Shown in pieces: positions 27,424 through 37,599 of a DNA stretch of 64,000 bases. Made by a program: the position numbers and the translations under genes. The stretch comes from an uncultured bacterium (lineage in GTDB: Bacteria; Chloroflexota; UBA5177; JANWHV01). The notes beneath the pieces were generated by a model. It saw only the letters and a list, made by a program, of their open reading frames with translations. It did not search any database and was not told the DNA's origin. The stretch is from NCBI GenBank assembly GCA_963827235.1, contig CAWHAE010000009.1, forward strand, positions 320,001 through 384,000, read 5' to 3'. Numbering within the stretch: the stretch's first letter is position 1; every line of letters begins with the position of its first letter.

Positions 27424-28248
27424 ATGAGAGAGCTGGATGTAGCCATCGAAGCCGCGGCCCTCGCGGCCGCCTGCGCCGCGCGAGACTGGGCGCAACCGGT
27501 AAGCGTAATGGCCAAGGGCGAGCACGATTTCGTCACGCCGACCGACAAGAAGGTCGAGCGCCTGCTGATTGACCATCTCCGCGCCGCCTTCCCCGGCCAT
27601 CGCATCCTCGGCGAGGAGAGCGCGGCACCACCCTGGAACCTGGGCGACGGCACGCTGTGGATCCTGGATCCCATCTGCGGCACGGCCAACTTTGCCTTCG
27701 GCAGCCCGCTGTTCTGCACCAACATCTTCCTCATGCGGGAGGGAGAGCCCGTGCTCGCCGTGGTCGCCGAGGGTCTGCGCGACGAGATCGCCTGCGCGGT
27801 GCGCGGGCAGGGCGCGTTCCTGCGCGCGGTCGGCGGCGGCACCACCCCGTTGCACGGGCGCCGTACCGGCAGCACCCTGGTCAACTTCGACAGCGCCTAC
27901 GCGCAGTCCGAGAATCGCATGGCGTTTTCCGCCGCCGTGCTCGGCGAGCTGGCCCTGCGCAATCGCTTCATCATCCGCGAGATGGGCACCAGCGCTACCT
28001 TCCCCATGCAGGCGCGCGGCGTGCTGGCAGGCAACATCTTCGAAGCGGCGAAGCCCTGGGACCTCAGCGCGGGCGCTCTTCTCTGTGAAGAGGCCGGACA
28101 CGTGGTCACCGCGCACGACGGCTCCCCCTGGCGGCCGGACGGCAGCCCGTTGGTCGCCGGCTGCGACGCGGACGTTCACGCCGAGCTGCTCGACTGCGTG
28201 CGCGCGGCCCGCCGGGCCGTCGACGGCGCCACCTCGGCCGGAGCCTAG
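27424..28248 (+). CDS. Inositol monophosphatase family protein
   Basis: DFVTPTD, ILGEE, WILDPICGTANF (Cys at the usual DPIDGT Asp), PWDLSAG. Confidence 0.88.
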   Translation: MRELDVAIEAAALAAACAARDWAQPVSVMAKGEHDFVTPTDKKVERLLIDHLRAAFPGHRILGEESAAPPWNLGDGTLWILDPICGTANFAFGSPLFCTNIFLMREGEPVLAVVAEGLRDEIACAVRGQGAFLRAVGGGTTPLHGRRTGSTLVNFDSAYAQSENRMAFSAAVLGELALRNRFIIREMGTSATFPMQARGVLAGNIFEAAKPWDLSAGALLCEEAGHVVTAHDGSPWRPDGSPLVAGCDADVHAELLDCVRAARRAVDGATSAGA

Positions 28249-28346
28249 CGGCATAGCTCAAGCTCTACGCTCCGGCACCCGACACCGTGTAGCGGCGCAT
28301 CAGGCAAGCCATCGCCACACGCAGCCGGGCAACGAAGTCGGAATGA

Positions 28347-28800
28347 GCTCCGCATCGCGGCGATGAGCCGAGCGTGCCTCGATGTCGGTCGGCGAAGGCG
28401 GTCCGCCCGCGCTGGTGGTGGAGGTGTTGAGTGAGTCGAACTGGGATGCGGACCTGGACGCGGTGCGCGGCAAGCCGTACAGCTATGCGCGGGCCGGCGT
28501 GAACGAGTATCTGGTGCTGGACCTGAGGGGACACTATACGGGAACCGGTGTGACGGCATGGCGACAGGCGGATGGCGCCTACCGGACCTGGGAGCCCTGC
28601 AGGACGGCCGCTGGCACAGCGAGCAACTCCCCTTGGCTATCGCCCTCCAAGGGTCCATGGCCGCCGTGTACCTCGGCGACGGCCGGCGCATGCTGACCGA
28701 AGGCGAGGTCGAGTTCACGCTTGCCCGGCAGGCCGACGAGATCGCGCGGCGGGATGCCGAGATCGAGCGCCTGCGGCGCCTGCTCGAGGAGCGGCGCTAG
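28347..28800 (+). pseudogene. Uma2-family endonuclease, N-terminally truncated and frameshifted
   Basis: GPPALVVEVLSES..DLD..KPYSYARAGVNEYLVLD, frameshift near 28600, then GRWHSEQL and a coiled-coil tail. Confidence 0.75.
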
Positions 28801-28896
28801 ATAAGCGTGAGGGCCAGGGTCCTTCACCTCGAGCTGATACTTATCTTCCTATATGATTCCCGGAAGTAGTTGCGGTGTGAACCTGGCTGCCACTTG

Positions 28897-29100
28897 CCCG
28901 CGACCGCAGTCGCCCCGTCTACTGCCATGCGACCGCAGTCGCAGGTCCGTCCCGCAACTTCTGTTTGGAAGCATATAGCCGGAGGCTCCCATTCCCCAGC
29001 CATCCGGGACCGCAGTCCCCCGTCTGCTGCCACCCGATCGCGGTCGGAGGTACTCTGCGCCCCCATCCATCCGGGACCACGGTCCCCCAACTGCGTCATC
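28897..29100 (+). repeat. Cluster of double-hairpin repeats (copies at 28897-28946 and 29004-29050, partial at 29071-29100)
   Basis: GCGACcgcaGTCGC..ctactgcca..TGCGACcgcaGTCGCAgg; GGGACcgcaGTCCC..ctgctgcca..CCGATcgcgGTCGGagg; GGGACcacgGTCCC. Confidence 0.75.
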
Positions 29101-29145
29101 TCGTCCTCTCTGCGGCGTCAGCTTTTCAGCCGCCCCATGTCTTCC

Positions 29146-29196
29146 TTGACCTCGCCGGAATCCGTGCTACGATGGTGACACTCGAACATATATTCC
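29146..29196 (+). promoter_or_regulatory. Sigma70-type promoter followed by a LexA (SOS) box-like site
   Basis: TTGACC-16 nt-TACGAT with extended TG; CGAACATATATTCC at 29183-29196 (GAAC-N4-GTTC with one mismatch). Confidence 0.6.
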
Positions 29197-29219
29197 ATGC
29201 GCGAAAGCGAGGTCACCCC

Positions 29220-30551
29220 ATGCTCGACAGGCTGGCCGCTCCCACCACCGCTCGCCACCACACCGGTCCCCGCACCGCCCAGGGCAAAGCCGCCTCCAGC
29301 CGCAACGCCTGCACCCACGGCCTGCTCAGTCCCGACCCCCTCGCCACCCCCTACGAGCAGCCCGAAGCCTGGCTCGCCTATCGCGACGCCATCGTGCACG
29401 ACCTCGCACCGTACGGCGACCTGGAGACCATCCTGGCCGAGCGCATCGCCCTGCTGCACTGGCGGCAGGCGCGCATCGCCCGCCACGAGTGCGCCCTGAT
29501 CACCCAGGACCAGGTGCGGCTCTCCCGGGAGCAGGCCGAGCGGCGCTTCGCCGTGTGCGAGGACCGCCCCTCCACCATGGCGGAGCTGGATGCCGAGCGG
29601 CGGTCCTGCAACGACCGCCTGGCGCTGCTGGAGCGCTGGGCGGTGCTGGAGCCGGAGGACGTGCTCACCGTGGCGGCGGTGCACAGTCTGCTGGAGGCGA
29701 TGCTCGCCCCCTTGGGGCCGCAGGAGGCCACGGTACCGCTGCTGCTGGACGCGACGGCGACGGAGAGCCTGGAGCACTACTGTGGGCGGCAGCGCTGGAC
29801 CCGGTCGCTGGTGGAGGCGGCGCTGGAACCGATCTGCGCGGTTGGCACCAGCGTGGCGACGATGCACGCCGTGGCGGTGCGGCGGGCGGGGGAGGCGGTG
29901 TCGGCGCTGGCCCGAGCCCGGTCCGACCAGGAGATCGGCGTGGTGGCGGCTACCCACGGGCTGGCCGACCTGCGGGTGCTGGAGCGGCTGGCGCGCTACG
30001 AAGCGCACCTCTCGCGGGAGATGCAGCGCACCAGGCGCGAGTTGGCAGAGGTCCGTGCCGAGCGCCGTGCGGCAGAGCACAGCGGAAATTGCGAAACGAA
30101 TTCGCGCCCGGAGGGCACTGCCGCACCCGCCGGCGCTGCCATCATCCGCGCGGCAGAGCATCACGAAAATTGCGAAACGAATTCGCCACTCGTCGGGCCC
30201 GCCGCTCCCGCACTACCACGTCGGCGACGCACTGCAGTGGGTACCTCGGCCGGCCCGTCCCCTGCCAGCCGCCGCAGCTGCAGGCTACTCTTCCCGCGCC
30301 CGCCGCTCCCGCTGGCGCTGCCGTCATCCGCGCGGCAGAGCGCAGCAAAAACTGCGAAACGAATTGGCCACTCGACGGGCCCGCGTATCCCGCCGCTGCC
30401 CTCGCACCACAACCGCGACCCACTGCAGCGGGTACCCCGGCCGGCCCGTGCTCTGCCATGCTGCCGCAGCTGGAGGTACCAAGTGCCCCAGTTCAGTCGA
30501 ACACCGCGGCCAGCGTGGGATCGGCCAGGGCCCGGAAGGCGTCGTGAATAG
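29220..30551 (+). CDS. Hypothetical protein with GPRTxxGK..SSRNA..HGL N-terminus, RYE motif and repetitive NCETN tail
   Basis: TGPRTAQGKAASSRNACTHGLLS, LAERIALLHWRQAR, LARYEAHLSREM; tail apparently frameshifted near 30267. Confidence 0.75.
   Translation: MLDRLAAPTTARHHTGPRTAQGKAASSRNACTHGLLSPDPLATPYEQPEAWLAYRDAIVHDLAPYGDLETILAERIALLHWRQARIARHECALITQDQVRLSREQAERRFAVCEDRPSTMAELDAERRSCNDRLALLERWAVLEPEDVLTVAAVHSLLEAMLAPLGPQEATVPLLLDATATESLEHYCGRQRWTRSLVEAALEPICAVGTSVATMHAVAVRRAGEAVSALARARSDQEIGVVAATHGLADLRVLERLARYEAHLSREMQRTRRELAEVRAERRAAEHSGNCETNSRPEGTAAPAGAAIIRAAEHHENCETNSPLVGPAAPALPRRRRTAVGTSAGPSPASRRSCRLLFPRPPLPLALPSSARQSAAKTAKRIGHSTGPRIPPLPSHHNRDPLQRVPRPARALPCCRSWRYQVPQFSRTPRPAWDRPGPGRRRE
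30069..30480 (+). repeat. Three intragenic direct repeats with core gcggcagagc-N-tgcgaaacgaatt
   Basis: Copies start at 30069, 30150, 30332; the sequence after copies 2 and 3 is also similar. Confidence 0.8.
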
Positions 30552-31122
30552 GATCGTGGTGGCCGGGCGAAAGGGCGGGCAGCTCGTCCTCGGCAAACCA
30601 GTCCACGCCCAGCGTCTCCTCGGTCTTCACCGGCGTGCCGGCAATCGCCGTGCAGCGAAACACCGCGTGGTAGATGTGATGGGGATGGCGGAAGCCGCGC
30701 TTGTAGCTATCGTAGAAGCCGAGCAGCCGGTCGACGGTGACCACGAGGCCGGTTTCCTCGCGCATCTCGCGCGCCGTCATCTGGGCCGCCGACTCGCCCA
30801 CGTCGGCCCAGCCGCCCGGCATGGCCCACAGAGCGTTGTCGCGCCGCCGCACCAGCAATATGCACCCTTGCTCGTCGAACACGGCGGCGGCCACACCAAC
30901 CTTGGGCGTCACGTAGCCGAGCTCCGCCGCCAGCCGTGTCCGCACCTCGCCCGCGGCGGCCCCGGTGAGGAAGCCGAGCATGGCATCGGCGATCTCCTGG
31001 AGCCGTGCATAGCGCTCCCGGTCGTAGCTGTTCTGCGTGAAGAGCAGGCCGAGGGCGCTCATGGCACGCAGCTCGTCGGCCCACCGGGCCACTGTCATGG
31101 CCGGGTCCGGTGCCGCCATCAT
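30493..31122 (-). CDS. NUDIX hydrolase with N-terminal helical domain
   Basis: YDRERY, GYVTPKV, Nudix box GGWADVGESAAQMTAREMREETG. Confidence 0.9.
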   Translation of the reverse strand: MMAAPDPAMTVARWADELRAMSALGLLFTQNSYDRERYARLQEIADAMLGFLTGAAAGEVRTRLAAELGYVTPKVGVAAAVFDEQGCILLVRRRDNALWAMPGGWADVGESAAQMTAREMREETGLVVTVDRLLGFYDSYKRGFRHPHHIYHAVFRCTAIAGTPVKTEETLGVDWFAEDELPALSPGHHDPIHDAFRALADPTLAAVFD

Positions 31123-31196
31123 CGTTCTCTCATCCGTCTGCGCGTCCGCCAACTCGCCCGCCCTTCACGCACAGCATGAACATGAAGCAAGGGGGA

Positions 31197-32213
<1,017 letters not shown>

Positions 32214-32507
32214 TGGTGTTCCTCCTTCGCACGAAAGCATACGACGACCGGGACGGACAGGCAGGGCCGGAAGGCGCGCCGGCCGTTTGTCGCGCAAGCA
32301 CATATCCACCGGCTGGCGGCTTGACCGCTGAGCGGAGCGCCGCACTGTGTGTGGTACCACATCGGCGCTCTGCCGGTCCGGCAGAGTAGCCCGAATGGGC
32401 TAGTTGCTTTGGCCATCGGATCGGCTATGGTGGTCATAATAGGGCCATCTGTGCGCTCAATCGGCCGAGGCGCAGAGGACGGAAGAAGGGCTCCTGTGGG
32501 TAATGGC

Positions 32508-34196
32508 ATGAAGAAATCGCGCGGCGCGCCGGAACCATCCGGCGCGCGGTATTATCAAGAGCTGCTCGCCTTGACCCACGAAATGGTGTGGGTCGTCGAT
32601 GCGGCGGGCACGGTGCGCTACGCCGGCCCGGCCAGCCAACGCGTGATGGGCTACTCTCCGGAGACTCTAGTAGGCAGCCCGGCCCTGGCGCACGTGCATC
32701 CCGAGGACGCGGCGGCCGTACGGGAGGCGTTCGCGCGCGCCGTGGCCGCCGAAGGCAAGGCTGTGTCGGTCACTTTTCGCTGCCGCCATGCCGGCGGATC
32801 GTACCGCGTGCTGGAGGCGACGGGACAGAGCCGGCTGAGCGACGGCATCCTGAACGGCCTGGTGGTCAGCGCGCGCGACGTCACCGAGCAGGCTCAGGCC
32901 GAAGAGGAGCACCGGGCGCTGCTCGAGCACATCCATGCCTCGCTGGCCGCGCTGGCGAGCCTGGCCGGCGACCTGACACGGATCGACGGCAACGTCGCGG
33001 CAGACGACCACCATGGCCTGACGGAATCGGTGCTGCGCCTGGCCCGCGAGGCGATCGGCGCCCACGCCGTGGCGGTCACCCTGATCGATGCCGGCGGTGC
33101 CTGCCGGACCGGCGCCTGCTCGGGTCTCACTCCCGCGCAGGAACAGGAATGGCGCTCCGGGCGGCCGGGTACCACGCTGCGCGAGCACATGACAGCCGAG
33201 GATCACGAGCGGCTGCGCACGGACGGCGTGCTGGTGCTCGATCTGGACGGCGATCCGCCACGCCGCTTGCCCTGTGGCGTACAGACCGCGCTGCTGGCCG
33301 TTCTCTCGGCCGGCTCGCGGATCGCTGGCGTGCTGGCGCTCGACCTGGGCGCCGCGCACCGCCGCCTGAGCGAGGAGGATCTCCTGCTGGCGCGGGCCGC
33401 GGCCTCGCTGGTGGCACTGGCGGTCGAACGCGACCGATTGGTCCGGGAGTGCGCCGCCACGGCCGCCGAGGAGTTGGCCATGCGCGAGACCGGTCGCCGC
33501 ATGGAAGCCTTTCTGGCCCTGGCCGCGCACGAGCTGCGCACGCCCCTGGCCGCGTCGAGCGGCAACGTGCAGATCGCGCTGCGCCGGCTCGACCTGGAAG
33601 CGAATCGCGGCACGCCCGTGCCCGGCGACCTGAAGATTGTCCTTACGCGGGCCCAGCGCGCCCTCGATCGCCTCAATCTGCTGATCAACGACGTGCTGGA
33701 CGTGGCGCGCCCGCAGGCCGAACAGCTGATAGTGCACCGGGAGCGCTGCGACCTCGCGGTGGTGGTGCGCGAAGCGGCAGAGGAGCTTTCGGCCCTGGCG
33801 CCGGATCGCGTACACATGGACCTGGCGCCGGGACCGCTGCTCTGCGACGCGGACACGGCGCGCATCAGCCAGGTCGTGCACAACTACCTCACTAACGCGC
33901 TGAAGTACGCCCCGGAGGGCAGCCCGATCGAGATCGGCGTGCGCCCGGTGGGCGGCGTGGCGCGCGTGTGGGTGCGCGACCATGGCCCGGGCATACCGGC
34001 GGAAGATCAGGCACGCGTCTGGGAGCGCTTCTATCGCGTGGACGGCATCGCGCACCAACCCGGGACGCGCCCGGGCCTCGGCCTCGGGCTCTACATCAGC
34101 AAGACGATCGTGGAGCAGCACGGCGGTGAGGTGGGCGTGGAAAGCGCGATAGGAGGCGGCTCGACCTTCTGGTTCACCATACCCCTGGCCAATTGA
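32508..34196 (+). CDS. Cytoplasmic PAS-GAF-HisKA-HATPase sensor kinase
   Basis: VHPED PAS, GAF-like segment, AHELRTPL, NALKY, DHGPG, GLGLGLYI. Confidence 0.92.
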   Translation: MKKSRGAPEPSGARYYQELLALTHEMVWVVDAAGTVRYAGPASQRVMGYSPETLVGSPALAHVHPEDAAAVREAFARAVAAEGKAVSVTFRCRHAGGSYRVLEATGQSRLSDGILNGLVVSARDVTEQAQAEEEHRALLEHIHASLAALASLAGDLTRIDGNVAADDHHGLTESVLRLAREAIGAHAVAVTLIDAGGACRTGACSGLTPAQEQEWRSGRPGTTLREHMTAEDHERLRTDGVLVLDLDGDPPRRLPCGVQTALLAVLSAGSRIAGVLALDLGAAHRRLSEEDLLLARAAASLVALAVERDRLVRECAATAAEELAMRETGRRMEAFLALAAHELRTPLAASSGNVQIALRRLDLEANRGTPVPGDLKIVLTRAQRALDRLNLLINDVLDVARPQAEQLIVHRERCDLAVVVREAAEELSALAPDRVHMDLAPGPLLCDADTARISQVVHNYLTNALKYAPEGSPIEIGVRPVGGVARVWVRDHGPGIPAEDQARVWERFYRVDGIAHQPGTRPGLGLGLYISKTIVEQHGGEVGVESAIGGGSTFWFTIPLAN

Positions 34197-34544
34197 ACGT
34201 TCCCGGACCGTTGTGGGTCGTTTGCCGTGTTCCGTGCCCTTCCAGCCCGGCGTCCCAGAGGCCCGGCTAAAGGCTATCCACGCCGGGGCTCATAGTGGCA
34301 GTGAAGGCGCACTCCGCCCCTGCGGGTCCGAGCCTGGCCCGGGCAATGGCGGGCCATGAGGACTCCTGCGAGCGGGTATCCGGCGCTGAAGACGCGGGGC
34401 GTCGACGGCCATGGGTATGACTGGCGGCCCGCCGCTGTCGATCCGCGAGAGATGTGCCCGCAAATGTGACCGTTCTTCGTGTTCCCGGTGCGAGACCCGA
34501 GCAATGCTTGGCGTATCGGGTCCAGGCCAGAAAGGAGCACGACC

Positions 34545-34976
34545 ATGCACCTCGCGCGCTGCGGCGCGCGCCGGTTCAGGAACGCTACATGCCTCGTCCT
34601 CGCCGTGATCGCCGGCCAGCTCGGCGCCTACCCTGCTCGCGCGGCCGGTTCGCCTGCAACCTTCGCGGTTAAGGTCACACCATCGGACGCGGGCCAGGGC
34701 GATTTCGTCGTGATCAGCGGCACCTCGGTGGTCGACAGCAGAACGCCCGAGGTCAAGATCACCGTGGTCGCGCCGGGAACATCAGGCACGACCACGATGA
34801 CAATGCCTGCTGCCGCGGCTGTGCGACACGTGAGCCCTCCCGTACCCGTTCTTCGTGGCCGGCTACGATCTGCCGGCGAAGACTGGAGCCGCACACGATC
34901 CCGCCTCTACTGCAGGTATAGCCGAGCACCGGCGAATGGCAAAGGAGCGGAGGGCGGAAGCGTACCTGAAATCTGA
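34545..34976 (+). pseudogene. Probably truncated secreted protein (signal peptide + start of an Ig-like domain)
   Basis: AAAGGAG RBS, signal ending ARA-A, beta-rich ~55 aa, then the sequence loses coding character after ~34820. Confidence 0.45.
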
Positions 34977-35292
34977 TCCAGCGCTTGGATCCGTCGATCC
35001 TGGGACTGCGGCCGTTTCCGGACGTGCCCGCTATGGCTTCCATCGTCGCCAGACGACAAGCCGCTCCGTCACCGTGTCCGCGTGGGCCGGCGGCGCGCAG
35101 CGCTCGCGGCATGGAAGCCGCCGCCTGCCTGTGCTTCGACCCGCCGCGCGCTCCGTAAAGAGCATCCCGGCACCGAGCAGCGACGCGCGAACGCCGGTCC
35201 GGGCGCCATTGCCCGGACCGGCGTTCTCCGCCGCGTGAGCCTGCCCGGCCGCACGCGAGCCGCGCGCCCGTTGAGCCGGAAGACCGGCCCGC

Positions 35293-35676
35293 TCAGGCTT
35301 GCCGTTGCATCGGCGTGAAGAGGGCGATGTGGTTCCCGGCCGGATCCGCGAACACACCCCACCAGCCCACGTGCGGGATCTCCGATTTGCCCAGCACGAT
35401 CCGGCCGCCGTGCGCCGCCACCTGGCGCAGCGACTCCTCGATGTCGTCGCTGGCCAGGTACAGCAGCACGCTGCCGATCTTGTAGTCGAACCCCATGTCC
35501 CCTGCGGGTCCGGCTTTGACGAAGCCGCCACCGGGACCGCCCTCGACCTGGAACATGGTGTAGTCATACGTGGCATCGGTCGTGATGCCCCAACCGAACA
35601 CGTCGGCATAGAACTTGCCTGCCGCCTTGGGGTCGTCCGCCGGGAGCTCGATGTGCACTACTGGATGGCCCGCCAT
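35293..35676 (-). CDS. VOC/glyoxalase family protein
   Basis: PVVHIEL, FYADVFGW, FADPAGNHIALF; GAGGAG RBS. Confidence 0.92.
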   Translation of the reverse strand: MAGHPVVHIELPADDPKAAGKFYADVFGWGITTDATYDYTMFQVEGGPGGGFVKAGPAGDMGFDYKIGSVLLYLASDDIEESLRQVAAHGGRIVLGKSEIPHVGWWGVFADPAGNHIALFTPMQRQA

Positions 35677-35898
35677 CGATTCTGTCTCCTCATCCGCTGC
35701 TACTCCGCCAACTGCGAACTCGACGTCGCCCATCTATAGTAGGACATGGGTTCTAACAGATCAAGCACTTTCTCGACGCCGCATTCGCTTGTTTCATTCC
35801 CCCCATCTCCCGTTCAGCCGGCCGCAGCCCGGGGCACCCACCGCAATGGGTCGCTCCCTGCCGTCCTGCCGCCGCTGGAGGTCATCTTCTCCTGTCAG

Positions 35899-35948
35899 CC
35901 CGGGACCGCAGTCCCACCTCTGCTGCCATGACGAGTGCTATCGCAGGC
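35899..35948 (+). repeat. Dispersed double-hairpin intergenic repeat, copy
   Basis: cccGGGACcgcaGTCCCacctctgctgccatgacgagtgctatcgcagg. Confidence 0.7.
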
Positions 35949-36036
35949 TTGGTCCCCTAACCGTGCGCTACATTGGCAGAGACGGCTCTTCTGTCAACAC
36001 CATGGCGAGACGTTGGAAAAGGAGTGGAGTTTCATA

Positions 36037-37116
36037 ATGCCCGAAGATCGACAATTCCGCGTGGCCGTCGTCGGACTCAGAGTGGGCGTCAACATGCTCG
36101 ACGCCCTGGCGTCTCATCCCCGGGCGAAGGTCGTGTCCATCTGCGACACCGATGAGCCACGCCTCCGTGAGCTGGCGGATCAGTACGGTATCGGACGTAT
36201 CTACCTCGATTACGGGCAGATGCTGGAGAGCGAGCAGCTCGACGGCGTCTGCATCGCCACCCCCAATCGCCTGCACGTCCCCATGGCGCGCCTGGCTTTG
36301 GAGCGCGGGCTGCACGTCATGTGCGAGAAGCCGCTCGCCCTCTCCACGCAGGATGCTCGGGACCTTCTGCTCCTCGCCCGCCGGAAAGGCGTCACGCACG
36401 CCGTCAACTTCAGCAACTGGACCAACCCGGCCGTGCGCTACGTCAAAGACCTGATCGATGCCGGCGAGCTCGGGCGCATCTACCAGGCCCATCTTGCCTA
36501 CCTGCAGGACTGGCTGGCCGACGCGACGGCTCCCTACTCGTGGCGGAACAGCAAGGCCGACAGCGGTACCGGAGCGCTCGGCGATCTCGGCTCGCACGTG
36601 ATCGACCTCGGGCGGCTCTTTGCCGGCGAGATCGGCTCTGTCAGCGCCACGCTGGCCGTCATCATCGCCGAGCGGCACAGCCCCGACGGCTCGCTACGCC
36701 GCGTCGACGCCGACGACCTCGTGGACATGCAGATACGCTTCCGCTCCGGCACGCTCGCCTCGCTGCGCGTCAGTCGCGTGGCGCGCGGCTTCGGAGACTA
36801 CCGCCGCATAGAGCTCTACGGCGAGCGGAGCGCGCTCATCCTGGAGATCGATAGCAACGTGATTCGCGTCACGCGTGCCGACGAGGCCAACTTGATGACG
36901 GGACGCGACTTCCGCCTCGTCTTCGCCCGCGACGCCCGGCGAGGAGAAGGCCGCTGGACGGGAAACACCATCGCCTGGGCCGATGCTGCCCTCGAGGGGC
37001 GCCCCTTCTCCCCCAACTTCGAGGACGGCCTGCGGTGCCAGCAGGTCATCGACGCCGCGGTCAGGTCGGATGCCGAGAGGCGATGGATTGATCTTCCTGC
37101 CGATGAGCAGTCCTGA
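36037..37116 (+). CDS. Gfo/Idh/MocA family oxidoreductase
   Basis: IATPNRLH, CEKPLA, GALGDLGSHVID, PNFEDG. Confidence 0.92.
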   Translation: MPEDRQFRVAVVGLRVGVNMLDALASHPRAKVVSICDTDEPRLRELADQYGIGRIYLDYGQMLESEQLDGVCIATPNRLHVPMARLALERGLHVMCEKPLALSTQDARDLLLLARRKGVTHAVNFSNWTNPAVRYVKDLIDAGELGRIYQAHLAYLQDWLADATAPYSWRNSKADSGTGALGDLGSHVIDLGRLFAGEIGSVSATLAVIIAERHSPDGSLRRVDADDLVDMQIRFRSGTLASLRVSRVARGFGDYRRIELYGERSALILEIDSNVIRVTRADEANLMTGRDFRLVFARDARRGEGRWTGNTIAWADAALEGRPFSPNFEDGLRCQQVIDAAVRSDAERRWIDLPADEQS

Positions 37117-37126
37117 AGAGGAACGC

Positions 37127-37441
37127 ATGATGAGCGCGCCAGTCAAGGCCACCGCGTGGGGCGAGTTCTTCGACATCCCCCAGCCCGACGAGTTCGTCTT
37201 CATCAGCTCGTTCTCCGGCGGCGAAGTGTTCCGCGGCGGCTGCTGCTTCAAGCGCGGCAGTGGTCGCATCTTCTACTTCGGCCCCGGGCACGAGACCTTC
37301 CCCATCTACCACCAGACGCCGGTCCAGCGGGTCATAGCCAATGCCGTCCGCTGGGCGGCAGCGCCCCAGCGGCACCACGTGAACAGGGCGGAAGACGCGC
37401 TGCCCGTGGGCTGGTTCGAAGGGCATCATCCGGGGGATTGA
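37127..37441 (+). pseudogene. thuA: ThuA-family (trehalose utilisation) protein with a large internal in-frame deletion
   Basis: MSAPVKATAW joined directly to GEFFDIPQPDEFVFISSFSGGEVFRGG..FYFGPGHETFPIYH..IANAVRWA; only 104 aa. Confidence 0.75.
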
Positions 37442-37599
37442 AGCCGGACCGCGCTGATGATACCGTGCGGCTGATACGGATGGGTGGCTCCTGGAGCAGG
37501 TTATCGCCCGCTCTCCGGCCGTCTCCGGGCATTGTGCTCGCCGCGCGGCGAGCACAATGCCGCGGCACGCGAGCCGCGATCCCAGGAGTGGAGGCGCTG

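Noticed and set aside
30069-30365. Repeats with core tgcgaaacgaatt as a CRISPR array
   Set aside because: Only three copies, spacing 81 and 182 nt, intervening sequence is itself repeated and coding, no cas genes.
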